From IMG/VR virus record IMGVR_UViG_3300032236_001802, positions 11,753 to 75,752 of that record: a stretch of DNA of 64,000 bases; one strand, 5' to 3'. The translations under genes were made by a program, and so were the position numbers. The stretch is from a virus. Positions 1 through 8,391 of this stretch are shown piece after piece. Under the pieces are notes generated by a model. It searched no databases. It was not told the DNA's origin and saw only the letters and a list, made by a program, of their open reading frames with translations. The stretch's first letter is position 1, and every line of letters starts with the position of its first letter.

Positions 1-1
1 A

Positions 2-310
2 AACCCCTTCCCCTAAGGAGTTTTCGGCGATCTGCCGCTGGATAACCTTTTCTTTGTTTTTAACCTCTAACGGGTCAGCGTAGGTAGTTAAATGGTTTTC
101 AATTGGCCCCATGCTGGCATACTGAATCTCTTTCTTTTGGGAAGGGTGACCCGCTAGGTAGATTTGAACCATTTTTTTCCATGTGTTTTCATAGCTAACT
201 AGCGGACCATCGGCATAAGCATAAGAACAAAGGTGGGATTGATACTGTTCTTGGGCAAGTAAATCGTATTGCCCGCGATCGCTACCTGCATCACAGAGGT
301 GAATGTGCAT
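2..310 (-). CDS. 5' part of a gene running off the left edge; candidate DpdA/TGT-like 7-deazaguanine DNA-insertion enzyme
   Basis: Not in the ORF track. Hand translation from ATG at 310 gives MHIHLCDAGSDRGQYDLLAQEQYQSHLCSYAY...KMVQIYLAGHPSQ...NHLTTYADP..., open to the edge and overlapping the queC stop. The IYLAG and HL-S/T-Y units resemble N-termini of phage TGT-like proteins, but the catalytic DSGAF-type motif is not in the window. Confidence 0.4.
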   Translation of the reverse strand, partial: MHIHLCDAGSDRGQYDLLAQEQYQSHLCSYAYADGPLVSYENTWKKMVQIYLAGHPSQKKEIQYASMGPIENHLTTYADPLEVKNKEKVIQRQIAENSLGEGV

Positions 311-1010
311 TTTGCTCTCTAAATTGCCAGATGGGATCGATCATGTTGTTCTCCTGAAACCCGCGATCGCGCAGTATGCAGGCATGGCACTTACCACACC
401 CACCCTTAATGCCAGCGTAGCAAGTATGGGTTTCAGCGAACACCTGGTTAAAATCAAAGCTACCCATAGTCTCTACAGCCAGCTTGATACTCTCTGCCTT
501 ACTCAAATCCATCAAAGGCGTTCTGATCTCAAAGTGATCCGGGTTGCCCGCTATCGCCTCTCCCATAGCGGCTGCCGCTGCGTCAACAAAGGTCTGCCTA
601 CAATCCCAGTACCCAGCAAAATCGGCTTGACACAGCCCCGTGTAGATAGTGGTAATCCCTAAAGCCGCCGCCCGGTTTGCTGCGATCGTCAAAAAGAGTA
701 GGTTTCTGGCGGGTACAAAGGTCGGTTCTACACCTGTTGGGAGTTCATCAGGACCGCCATACTCCCCTAGGGGGGCGTTGCTGACCAGGGGGGAAGTACT
801 TTGCAGTATGGGGCCAATATCGATAACCTCAAACCCATCTAGGCTTAAAGCGGTGGCCACCGCCCGCGCCGATTCCAATTCAATAGCGTGGCGCTGACCA
901 TAGTTAAAGGAAATCGCGTGAACCTCTTCAAACTCTTGCACGGCGATCGCGGCACAGGTTGTTGAATCTTGCCCACCGCTCAGAATAACCAGGCATTTAC
1001 TTTTTGACAT
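291..1010 (-). CDS. queC: 7-cyano-7-deazaguanine (preQ0) synthase
   Basis: SGGQDSTT PP-loop, FNYGQRH, VPARN, YWDCR and the C-terminal zinc motif THTCY...CGKCHAC. Confidence 0.96.
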   Translation of the reverse strand: MSKSKCLVILSGGQDSTTCAAIAVQEFEEVHAISFNYGQRHAIELESARAVATALSLDGFEVIDIGPILQSTSPLVSNAPLGEYGGPDELPTGVEPTFVPARNLLFLTIAANRAAALGITTIYTGLCQADFAGYWDCRQTFVDAAAAAMGEAIAGNPDHFEIRTPLMDLSKAESIKLAVETMGSFDFNQVFAETHTCYAGIKGGCGKCHACILRDRGFQENNMIDPIWQFREQNAHSPL

Positions 1011-1011
1011 T

Positions 1012-1671
1012 TCAAACCCCTATTAGGTTCATAGCTTGCATCGTAACAGACATATCATTTTGAAAGATTCCAGTTGTAGCGCGGGTCACCGTTACGGCTC
1101 CAGCTTTGAGAACACCACGGTTCGACATACAAGAATGCTGGGCACTCAGGATAACGATGACGCCCTGTGGACTCAGGGCGTCATCTAGAACCTGGCAAAA
1201 TTGCGTTGTTAGGCGCTCTTGTAATTGCGGTCTTTTAGCCAAAATGTCTAGCGACCGAGGCACCTTAGATAATCCGGCAACTTTACCGTTTGGAATATAA
1301 CCAACATTTGCAACACCATAAAACGGCAGTAAATGATGCTCACATAAACTGTTAAAGGGGATTGATTTGATAATAACCAGGTCGCTGTGAGCGCAAGGGA
1401 AAGTTTTCTTTAGCGCCTCCGCTGGGTTTTGGTGCAAACCGCTTGCAGCTTCCACCCAGTACCGGAACACGCGATCGGGGGTTTCGTCCATTCCTTCGGA
1501 TAATGGTCCAAATACGATCGCCATTGCTTCACGAAGCAGGGTGATCGTATGGTTGTCCGTTATCGGTTTGGATGGGGGAATAGAAGCAAGATGAAGTGCA
1601 GGTTTCATCAATTCGGACGGCGATGAGTCCGGGTAGTACTGGGATGAGTTGGTCATAAATCCATTTTGCAA
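1012..1671 (-). CDS. folE: GTP cyclohydrolase I (start uncertain; 1608 or 1524 also possible)
   Basis: ETPDRV, SLCEHHLLPFYG, GLSKVPR, RPQLQERLT, HSCMSNRGV. Confidence 0.95.
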   Translation of the reverse strand: MQNGFMTNSSQYYPDSSPSELMKPALHLASIPPSKPITDNHTITLLREAMAIVFGPLSEGMDETPDRVFRYWVEAASGLHQNPAEALKKTFPCAHSDLVIIKSIPFNSLCEHHLLPFYGVANVGYIPNGKVAGLSKVPRSLDILAKRPQLQERLTTQFCQVLDDALSPQGVIVILSAQHSCMSNRGVLKAGAVTVTRATTGIFQNDMSVTMQAMNLIGV

Positions 1672-1957
1672 CTAGTTCAGAAGTTGGACATTCAATTTTA
1701 AGCGTTTCATTTAGATGCCAGTGATCAAGATAGTCCCGAACCAAAGGGGCGATCGCCGCCTTGATATCAGCGTAATCTACAACCATGCCCCTTTTGGGAC
1801 CATCTTCAAAAAGTTGGTTGCCCTGAACAAACACAAAACCCACCCAGGAATGACCGTGCAATCGCTGGCACTTCCCATCGTGATCAGATAGTTGATGGGA
1901 AGCTTCAAAGGTAAATTTTTTGGACAAAACCCATCCGCCAATAGGCAAGCACTGCAT
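1529..1957 (-). CDS. queD: 6-carboxy-5,6,7,8-tetrahydropterin synthase
   Basis: FEASHQL, CQRLHGHSW, LDHWHLN, PTSELVAKWIY, ETCTS. Confidence 0.95.
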   Translation of the reverse strand: MQCLPIGGWVLSKKFTFEASHQLSDHDGKCQRLHGHSWVGFVFVQGNQLFEDGPKRGMVVDYADIKAAIAPLVRDYLDHWHLNETLKIECPTSELVAKWIYDQLIPVLPGLIAVRIDETCTSSCFYSPIQTDNGQPYDHPAS

Positions 1958-2631
1958 TATTTAACTCCTATCAATTTGTGGGTTTGCAGAGAAAGTCTAG
2001 CTTTGGGCCAAACCTTAAGCGCTTCTAATGTTACGTCAAAAGACCCCGACTGATACGGAGAAACGTCAAACGTGTCAGTCCAAGCGGGCTGAAAAAATAC
2101 AGGTATTCCTGAATCAAATAACCACTTCAACACACCCCCCCTAAATGTCTTTTCATCCCTTGCATAGAATAGAATGTCCTCTTCTTTTTCGATAACGAAC
2201 TTGACCTCATCAGCCCTGAGCCAAAGCTGAACGGGATAACTTTTGTTCATGTGCTCTTTAGGTGAAAGCGTGACCCACACTTGACCGGGAATCGAACTTT
2301 TAGATAAAAAACCTCCAGACGTTTCGATGTGAACAGCTTTACCCGCTTCAATTAACCCCTCGCATAGTGCGGACAAGTTTCTATGAATAAACGGTTCGCC
2401 ACCAGAAATAACAACGGTTTCAGCGTTGGATAATTCGCCGATGAGTTCTGATAAAGTCATAGATTTTCGAGGGGTTGTCGCGCCGCCATCGGCGTAACCC
2501 GTATCGCACCAAGAACAGCCCACTGGGCACCCAGACAACCGAATAAAATCAACATATCTTCCAGCGTGCAACCCTTCTCCCTGGACGGTTTGCTGAAAGG
2601 TTTCGTGAATCTGAAAAACTTGCTCCACCAT
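1957..2631 (-). CDS. queE: 7-carboxy-7-deazaguanine synthase (radical SAM)
   Basis: TVQGEG, FIRLSGCPVGCSWCDT (CxxxCxxC), SGGEP, IETSG, LSPK, LSLQTHK. Confidence 0.95.
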   Translation of the reverse strand: MVEQVFQIHETFQQTVQGEGLHAGRYVDFIRLSGCPVGCSWCDTGYADGGATTPRKSMTLSELIGELSNAETVVISGGEPFIHRNLSALCEGLIEAGKAVHIETSGGFLSKSSIPGQVWVTLSPKEHMNKSYPVQLWLRADEVKFVIEKEEDILFYARDEKTFRGGVLKWLFDSGIPVFFQPAWTDTFDVSPYQSGSFDVTLEALKVWPKARLSLQTHKLIGVK

Positions 2632-2637
2632 AAATCC

Positions 2638-2877
2638 TCAAAATAAGTTTAACTGCTGCCCTTCGGTGCAACCGACGCAGAAGCTGTCCACCACACCGCG
2701 ATCGCAGCTGATCGCCAACCGTTCACGCCCACTGCAATGGGGGTACACCCAATCGCGATCGCTTGCCCATGACCCGCCCACTGAGGACAGGATCCCTAAG
2801 TTATGCCCAGGGTAAAGGCTCCGGGCTTTCGCCATTGCAGTATTAATCGAGCTTACGCGATCGGGTTTGGTTTTCAT
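2638..2877 (-). CDS. hypothetical protein
   Basis: ORF tightly packed between the putative small terminase and queE. Confidence 0.55.
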   Translation of the reverse strand: MKTKPDRVSSINTAMAKARSLYPGHNLGILSSVGGSWASDRDWVYPHCSGRERLAISCDRGVVDSFCVGCTEGQQLNLF

Positions 2878-3395
2878 TAGTTCAGCCCTGCTGACAGGGC
2901 TTTGTCGGTACTATCGCTGATCTGCACAATGGCATCCAGCACTTGATCGAAAACTTCTTTAGGCAGAGACGCTTCAAGGGCGTCAACAACCTGCCGAAGC
3001 TCTGTCTGAATCCCCTGCTCAATCTGCACTTGTACGGGTGCATCCAGCCCCAGCAATTTGCGCCGAGATTCATTGATTTTGATCGCAGTGGCGATCGCCT
3101 TCAGATTACCTTTTCTCACCTCTGAGGCAATCTTGAGCAGGTAGTAGTCCAGCCGTTCTAGTTCAAGGGCAATCAGTTCCTCTGCCGAGTTTTTTCGGGT
3201 GCTGGTTGCCTCATTCAGTGCAGCGCAAACATCCTTGTAGGCGGTGGACTTACTGTAGGCCGGTTGACTAAATTTCACCGCGATCGCCGCCGCGATCGAT
3301 TCAAACGTAGCTCCCTCGCGCCGCATGTTGAGCGCGGCCAGTCTGCGATCCGCCACTTTGATTCGACCTGGGGACGTTTTTGATATGGATGCCAT
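2877..3395 (-). CDS. probable terminase small subunit (HTH protein)
   Basis: RRLAALNMRREGATFESIA HTH followed by ELERLD...AIKINESRRKLLGLDAP, a pattern typical of phage small-terminase-like proteins. Confidence 0.6.
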   Translation of the reverse strand: MASISKTSPGRIKVADRRLAALNMRREGATFESIAAAIAVKFSQPAYSKSTAYKDVCAALNEATSTRKNSAEELIALELERLDYYLLKIASEVRKGNLKAIATAIKINESRRKLLGLDAPVQVQIEQGIQTELRQVVDALEASLPKEVFDQVLDAIVQISDSTDKALSAGLN

Positions 3396-3486
3396 ACTGC
3401 AAAACAGTGTCAGAGCTTTAAGTTTCCTGTAGTTCAATTTGGCATAATTATGCTTAATTGATCCGCTTATCCGGGGATTTCCTCAA

Positions 3487-4179
3487 ATGCTGCCCGCAAA
3501 CCTTTGGTCATTAACTCCAGATACGTTCATCGAATTGTTTGAAATCAGTAACTACAACTTGGACGATCCAGAGGAAACGTTTCGGTTTTGCAACTATACC
3601 GGCGTGAGCTATAGGTTGACCCCTGACTCAGATCCGCAGGAATACCCGGCGATCGGGTGCGAGTCTGAGGGATATGAGTTGGTTGGACAAGGGCCAATCC
3701 CTCAACCCAAGGTGACGATTTCAAACGTCGGTCGCGTGGTGAGTGACTGGCTCTTTTTGCTGAAGTATGATCCGCGCCATCGGCTTGAGGGTGCAAAGGT
3801 GACCCGCCGTCTGACCCAAGCCCCATTTTTGGAGGGTGGAGATCAGTATCTAAGCCCGGTTCGGGAGTTGGCCCCAGCTATTTTTCTGATTGAGCAACTT
3901 GCTCAGGAATCCTACAAGGCGTGCCAGTTTATCCTAGCCAGCCCCTTCGATTTGGAGGGAGTAACGCTGCCAAACCGCCCCGCCCTGCGAACATGCCCGT
4001 TTGCTTATCGTGGCCCCTATTGCGGTTATACAGGCGTGGGGGCGTTTACCAGGGCAAACCAGGTGACGACTGATCCGCGCCAAGATATTTGCGCCAAGAC
4101 GATCGCCGCCTGTGAGCTGCGGTTCCCAGAGGGAAATCTGAGGTTTGGTGGGTTCCCTGGTCTGGGTGCTGTACGATGA
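3487..4179 (+). CDS. lambda gpL-like minor tail (tail tip) protein
   Basis: IELFEI, PQPKVTISNV, GAKVTRRLT, C-terminal Cys cluster CPFAYRGPYCGY...DICAKTIAACELRF...FGGFPG. Confidence 0.92.
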   Translation: MLPANLWSLTPDTFIELFEISNYNLDDPEETFRFCNYTGVSYRLTPDSDPQEYPAIGCESEGYELVGQGPIPQPKVTISNVGRVVSDWLFLLKYDPRHRLEGAKVTRRLTQAPFLEGGDQYLSPVRELAPAIFLIEQLAQESYKACQFILASPFDLEGVTLPNRPALRTCPFAYRGPYCGYTGVGAFTRANQVTTDPRQDICAKTIAACELRFPEGNLRFGGFPGLGAVR

Positions 4180-4201
4180 TCGGCCTGTGACCTACATAAA
4201 A

Positions 4202-4230
4202 GCGATCGCCCCCTGGATTGGAGCGATCGC
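4202..4230. terminator. HIP1-based hairpin between convergent genes
   Basis: gcgatcgc-N13-gcgatcgc between the gpL stop and the ATPase stop. Confidence 0.35.
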
Positions 4231-4235
4231 GGTGG

Positions 4236-5681
4236 CTATGAATCTAAATCCTCACTTTCCCTAAATAGTCGCTCAAGCTTTTGTCGGTTAGATTCTGGAG
4301 CATCACCCGAACCAGCAGACGGCGGAGTTGAATCAGAACCACTGGAACCCGTGGGGTTAGCCGTGGGGTTAGGGGGCTCGGGGTTGGGGTTGCTAGGCAT
4401 GGAAGGGTTGTACCCGGTAGGATTACCCTCAAGATCTAAACCAGGCAGACTGGCAGGGTACCAGCGCCCTTTTGCGTAGACCAGGGCCGGGTTTTTGACT
4501 GCACTCAGCAAAGCTGCCAGCTCACCCCTGAGCGCTTCATTTTGGCGGGTTCCCAATCTGTAGAAAATGGTATCGGCCATGATTTCCCCGATCGCCGTGC
4601 CGGGGAAAATAGCCACAGCCTTAGACCTGTGCTCCTGCGGAATGAATTCGGCGGCTGCCATAGAGACAGATACACCAATCAACCGCCGCCGAATTTTGCG
4701 GGTGAATGTACTGTACTTGAGCATCCATGGCCCCACAATATCCCGGCACCGGCCACGGGATTCCCGGATCCGTTTCTTATTGAGCGATCGCAGTTCGGAT
4801 AGGGTGTCCGGCGCTTCCTCCATGATCGTGACCCGCTCAGGGAACTCATTGCGCCCACCGCGAAACTCTTCAGCTTCGGCCTCAATATCCAGCAAATCCT
4901 GTTCCATGGAATCTAGGATCTGTTCGGCGTTGCACAGGAGGGTTGCCCCTTGCCATTCCGAGGTTCGCCCGTAGGCGTCCCATGCTCGGATCTGAGCTTT
5001 TAGGACGTGCTTTGATAGCCATTTGACGAACTTGGACTTACCCGCGCCCATGCCCCCGATTACCACGACCACGGGATAACGATCTATGTCCTTAAGATCC
5101 TCCCACTGGAAATAGGTTGAATTGGTCCCCTGGGTTGGATAGGAGATCGCCGGGTCCGGCTGCTGCATGGGTTGCCCTGGACCGGGCTGTCCTGCTGGCT
5201 GTCCTGCTGGCGGTTGATAACCCTGCCCCTGGTACCCTTGGGCCTGCATGATTGCCGGATAAGCGATCGGCATAGGATTCAGCATCCGCTCGATCTTCTG
5301 CATCTCCAATCGTGCGGGAAGGGTTCGCACCATGGCCTCGGCCTCCATCTGCAACACGCGCTCACGATAGTTAAGATCGCGCTCCATATCATCCTGGGTT
5401 TGGATTTCCTCAAGAGCATTTTCATGCTCTGCTTCAATGCAGATCATTTCTGCTGTTTTGTGCATTGACCAAAGTTCGGAGGGGATTTCACCCTTTTGAG
5501 CATTGCGTGCGCCCCAACCTGCCGCCGCCAGCCCCAGCACTAGGGGAGCAATCCGCCACGGGCGAGGGGTGGAAATCGTTACACCAAGCAACACGATCGC
5601 CGCGATCGCACATCCAAAACTGGTGGCCGCTAACCGCTCGGAGAGGTAACGGGATTCATCTGCTGATAATGATAAAGTCAT
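4236..5681 (-). CDS. membrane-anchored P-loop ATPase, FtsK/HerA-like
   Basis: Two N-terminal hydrophobic helices, coiled coil, Gln/Pro linker, Walker A GGMGAGKS, Walker B VTIMEE, downstream TRKIRRRLIGVS (Arg-finger-like). Confidence 0.7.
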   Translation of the reverse strand: MTLSLSADESRYLSERLAATSFGCAIAAIVLLGVTISTPRPWRIAPLVLGLAAAGWGARNAQKGEIPSELWSMHKTAEMICIEAEHENALEEIQTQDDMERDLNYRERVLQMEAEAMVRTLPARLEMQKIERMLNPMPIAYPAIMQAQGYQGQGYQPPAGQPAGQPGPGQPMQQPDPAISYPTQGTNSTYFQWEDLKDIDRYPVVVVIGGMGAGKSKFVKWLSKHVLKAQIRAWDAYGRTSEWQGATLLCNAEQILDSMEQDLLDIEAEAEEFRGGRNEFPERVTIMEEAPDTLSELRSLNKKRIRESRGRCRDIVGPWMLKYSTFTRKIRRRLIGVSVSMAAAEFIPQEHRSKAVAIFPGTAIGEIMADTIFYRLGTRQNEALRGELAALLSAVKNPALVYAKGRWYPASLPGLDLEGNPTGYNPSMPSNPNPEPPNPTANPTGSSGSDSTPPSAGSGDAPESNRQKLERLFRESEDLDS

Positions 5682-6046
5682 TACTTGATCACCTCTGGTA
5701 ACACCTCGGCGTAACAAATGAGTTGATTGGCCAGCATTCTAGCCACTTGGAGATCCTTGATCGCCGTTGGCAGATCCCTGCGGCAGGTTGCAGCAAAGCA
5801 ATCCTCTGCCGCTGTGCGGATCCAAAAGGAGAACTGAACATTTACCTCATCTGGCAAAACTTTCAGCAATCCAGAGATCAAGGTGTGGTAACCCTCGATT
5901 AAATCCTCTAGGCCGCTGTTTTCGTTAATGATGACGAGCGCGTAACGCTCACAGAGCCGATTTACAGCCTCATGGGCATTTAGGCGATCGCTGGTTTTCG
6001 GTGGGTGGTATCGAAACATTTGCGCGAGCTGGGCTTCAGAATACAT
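5681..6046 (-). CDS. Acb2/Tad1-like helical-hairpin protein (putative cyclic-nucleotide sponge)
   Basis: N-terminal FRYHPP...AHEAV and C-terminal AIKDLQVARMLANQLI resemble the F-YH-P...L-EA-MWAN-AI signature; the middle is longer than usual. Confidence 0.55.
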   Translation of the reverse strand: MYSEAQLAQMFRYHPPKTSDRLNAHEAVNRLCERYALVIINENSGLEDLIEGYHTLISGLLKVLPDEVNVQFSFWIRTAAEDCFAATCRRDLPTAIKDLQVARMLANQLICYAEVLPEVIK

Positions 6047-6048
6047 AG

Positions 6049-6456
6049 TTAGATCCCTAGGATTAATTTGATTGTCAGTGCCAGGATATAGAGCAAAAAG
6101 GTGTCGGTCAGGAAATCAGCGATCGCTACCCTGAAATTGCGCCGTAACCGCTCATGTTTGACATTTAGAAGCGGCTTGTAGCGGGCGATCTGAACAGCTT
6201 CAATCGTTTCGGCGTCATACAGGGATAGGCATGTCTGATAGTACAAACGAACGCCCCAGAATCGGGAGATTGAGGCAAGTTTTTCATGATTCTGCCATCG
6301 TTTCTGGAGCGAATCAGCTTTGCCGATGTAGACCACGGGAGCTAAAGGGTTCCACCATTGGATTGCATAATAAACCCCCGGTTTGGGCGGTAACTTGTTT
6401 CGGTGGCGTAGGGGAACAGACGGCTTGAGTGTTAGGGGTAGCAGAAGTCGGCGCAT
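6049..6456 (-). CDS. GIY-YIG nuclease with C-terminal hydrophobic helix
   Basis: PGVYY...VYIGKADSLQKRWQNH...E...YKPLLN; ends in FLLYILALTIKLILGI. Confidence 0.8.
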   Translation of the reverse strand: MRRLLLPLTLKPSVPLRHRNKLPPKPGVYYAIQWWNPLAPVVYIGKADSLQKRWQNHEKLASISRFWGVRLYYQTCLSLYDAETIEAVQIARYKPLLNVKHERLRRNFRVAIADFLTDTFLLYILALTIKLILGI

Positions 6457-6465
6457 GATTCCCCC

Positions 6466-6696
6466 CTAAACGATCCAAAGGATCACGCCAAGCGCGATCG
6501 CCCCGGCACTGAGGAAGCCATAAGGCTTTAGCTCATCGCCCAGCAGTAGGGTGAATCCCAGGGCGGCAATGATCGTGGCAGGCATAATGACGATGCCCCT
6601 TGGAAGCGCTGAAAGAGCGCCATGCAGGAGCGCAGAAAGAAAGATTCCGCCGATCATGAAACAGACGATTTTAAGCACTTCCAATAGTTGGGTCAT
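6466..6696 (-). CDS. small multi-pass membrane protein
   Basis: 76 aa, almost entirely hydrophobic. Confidence 0.7.
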   Translation of the reverse strand: MTQLLEVLKIVCFMIGGIFLSALLHGALSALPRGIVIMPATIIAALGFTLLLGDELKPYGFLSAGAIALGVILWIV

Positions 6697-6800
6697 CTTG
6701 GTTTTCTCCAGAGGGCTAGATGTAGCAAGGTGGCAAGGAATGCAGCAGTGATAAAAATGAGGGCGATTTTCATCGCTGCTGCCAGTATCAGGGCTGGCAT
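6693..6800 (-). CDS. 35-aa membrane peptide
   Basis: Below the ORF-track cutoff. MPALILAAAMKIALIFITAAFLATLLHLALWRKPR; ATGA overlap with the next gene, start 3 nt after the previous stop. Confidence 0.6.
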   Translation of the reverse strand: MPALILAAAMKIALIFITAAFLATLLHLALWRKPR

Positions 6801-6803
6801 GGC

Positions 6804-7481
6804 TTAACCTGCTCGGCGCTCAAACCTGAGCACGCGCCCACTGGTCGGGGTGTAGGTTGGTTCCTTCGCCTCTGGGCTGCGGACCTGCCCTCGGGCTGCT
6901 CGGTAGCGTTCCACTAGGGATTTTTTGGCCACAGTGGCTTTTGTGTTCTCCAGTGCAGTTTTCTCGCTGAACAGGGCACTTTCGTAGCCCATAGCGTTTT
7001 CGTGTTTAGTATTCTCCAACCCAATGCCCAGATCAAGCCGTAGCCGCTCCAGCTCAAAGGCGTTAGCGTCGCGGTGATTCAGGACGCCCATGCGGGTATT
7101 GTGCCCGTATGCTTCCTGATTGAGTTTGACCTCGGTGGCCGCGACGTTGGAGCGCGATCGCATCACGTTCTTAGCCAGTTCAAGCCGTTGGCGCTGAACT
7201 TCCTCCCAGGTTTCCAGGTTCCTGGTCTGAGTAGTGACGTACTGTTTCCAGTGCTCCAGAAGTTGAGTTAACGCGGCTCCATCGCCCTGGGCGTTGTTCA
7301 CATCTTCTGCGGTCAAGTTGCCCCAGTTAACAACCCAGGGCAACGAATCTGTCCAAGCCTGCACATCGCCCCATCGGGCATTCGCAATTCCAAACCGGGA
7401 GCCGCTGTCGGTACCGCCGCCGTCAGTTTCAATCCCAACAGCTTCGGCAGTAGTTGCAAAAATGCTCTTTTTCTTAGGCAT
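6804..7481 (-). CDS. coiled-coil hypothetical protein
   Basis: Helical, charged composition; packed in the operon. Confidence 0.7.
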   Translation of the reverse strand: MPKKKSIFATTAEAVGIETDGGGTDSGSRFGIANARWGDVQAWTDSLPWVVNWGNLTAEDVNNAQGDGAALTQLLEHWKQYVTTQTRNLETWEEVQRQRLELAKNVMRSRSNVAATEVKLNQEAYGHNTRMGVLNHRDANAFELERLRLDLGIGLENTKHENAMGYESALFSEKTALENTKATVAKKSLVERYRAARGQVRSPEAKEPTYTPTSGRVLRFERRAG

Positions 7482-7484
7482 GGG

Positions 7485-7976
7485 TTAAATCCCTCCTGGG
7501 GAAAGCTGCAAGGTGGTCTTAGGGGCGATCGCCTTCTGATCTGGGCCTTGCCCTTGAAGCGGCTGTGCAGACTTTGAGGGCAAAACCTGCACATCGATCG
7601 CCCGTGGGGTGACCGCCGATTCAATTGCCCCAACTTCGTAACCAGACATAGTTTGGGTGATGCGAACCCGTTCCCCGATGAGATCCAGGGTTAGCCCGCA
7701 CTGGGTGCTATAGGTGAAATCAACCCTGAGGTTAGTAGTTGGGCGATCGCCATACTGCCAATACTGACCACAGTGGATCGCGCCCATTTCTTCAACTAGA
7801 GCCTGCTCGGCCTGAATGTCGTTGTCGATGCATTCGATTAGCTGGTTATCTCGCCGCCGCAGCAGTAGCAAGCGGTGACGCCCCAAACCCGAACGGCTCG
7901 GAGTATTTAACAGAGTGAGGATATGGAGCGTTTCGGATCGCGTCCGTGCGACCAGGGAATGGGGTGCGTAGATCAT
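7485..7976 (-). CDS. hypothetical protein
   Basis: ATGA-coupled to the upstream gene. Confidence 0.65.
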   Translation of the reverse strand: MIYAPHSLVARTRSETLHILTLLNTPSRSGLGRHRLLLLRRRDNQLIECIDNDIQAEQALVEEMGAIHCGQYWQYGDRPTTNLRVDFTYSTQCGLTLDLIGERVRITQTMSGYEVGAIESAVTPRAIDVQVLPSKSAQPLQGQGPDQKAIAPKTTLQLSPGGI

Positions 7977-8389
7977 TGTAAAGCTCCTATTGTGACGTTC
8001 TCACCCGCTTTTCCATGGCTGGGTGAGAAGCATTTTTGTTGATTCATGTTTGCAATTGCCACTCCGATGGCAAGGCCGAAAGTTGTACCGAAGACGAAAG
8101 CACCAATGATCATCACCCTTGACCGCAGCGAAAACACTACCGACATCATCGCTAACCGCATCTGCCACTCCTGTCGAATCAGATCGTACTGAGTGGCTGG
8201 ATGTTCAGACGCGATCGCCTGTTGCTCGATTAACCTGGACAGCTCTGCATCAGTCATTTCATTGACGCCGCGCAGAAGCCGATACTCTTGGACCGCTTGC
8301 CCCTGTACCAAGCCGTTGACCGATTTACACAGAGCGTCTGTTCGCTGCTGCGTAAATCGAGCTAAATACTTGGCATGGTAGGAAGTCAT
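7973..8389 (-). CDS. membrane protein
   Basis: Hydrophobic segment VMIIGAFVFGTTFGLAIGVAIA; operon packing. Confidence 0.65.
   Translation of the reverse strand: MTSYHAKYLARFTQQRTDALCKSVNGLVQGQAVQEYRLLRGVNEMTDAELSRLIEQQAIASEHPATQYDLIRQEWQMRLAMMSVVFSLRSRVMIIGAFVFGTTFGLAIGVAIANMNQQKCFSPSHGKAGENVTIGALQ
7998..8029. repeat. TTCTCACCC-N14-GGGTGAGAA palindrome, copy 1
   Basis: ttctcaccc gcttttccatggct gggtgagaa. Confidence 0.75.
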
Positions 8390-8391
8390 TG

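Noticed and set aside
1524-1671. queD/folE overlap as a fusion or recoding site
   Set aside because: It can be explained by an uncertain folE start (1608 or 1524); no slippery sequence seen.
3469-3484. GGGATTTCCT shared with 40388 and 55121 as a rearrangement scar explaining the gpL move
   Set aside because: On the minus strand it reads AGGAAATCCC, which serves as an RBS region in the other two places; too short to support a recombination claim.
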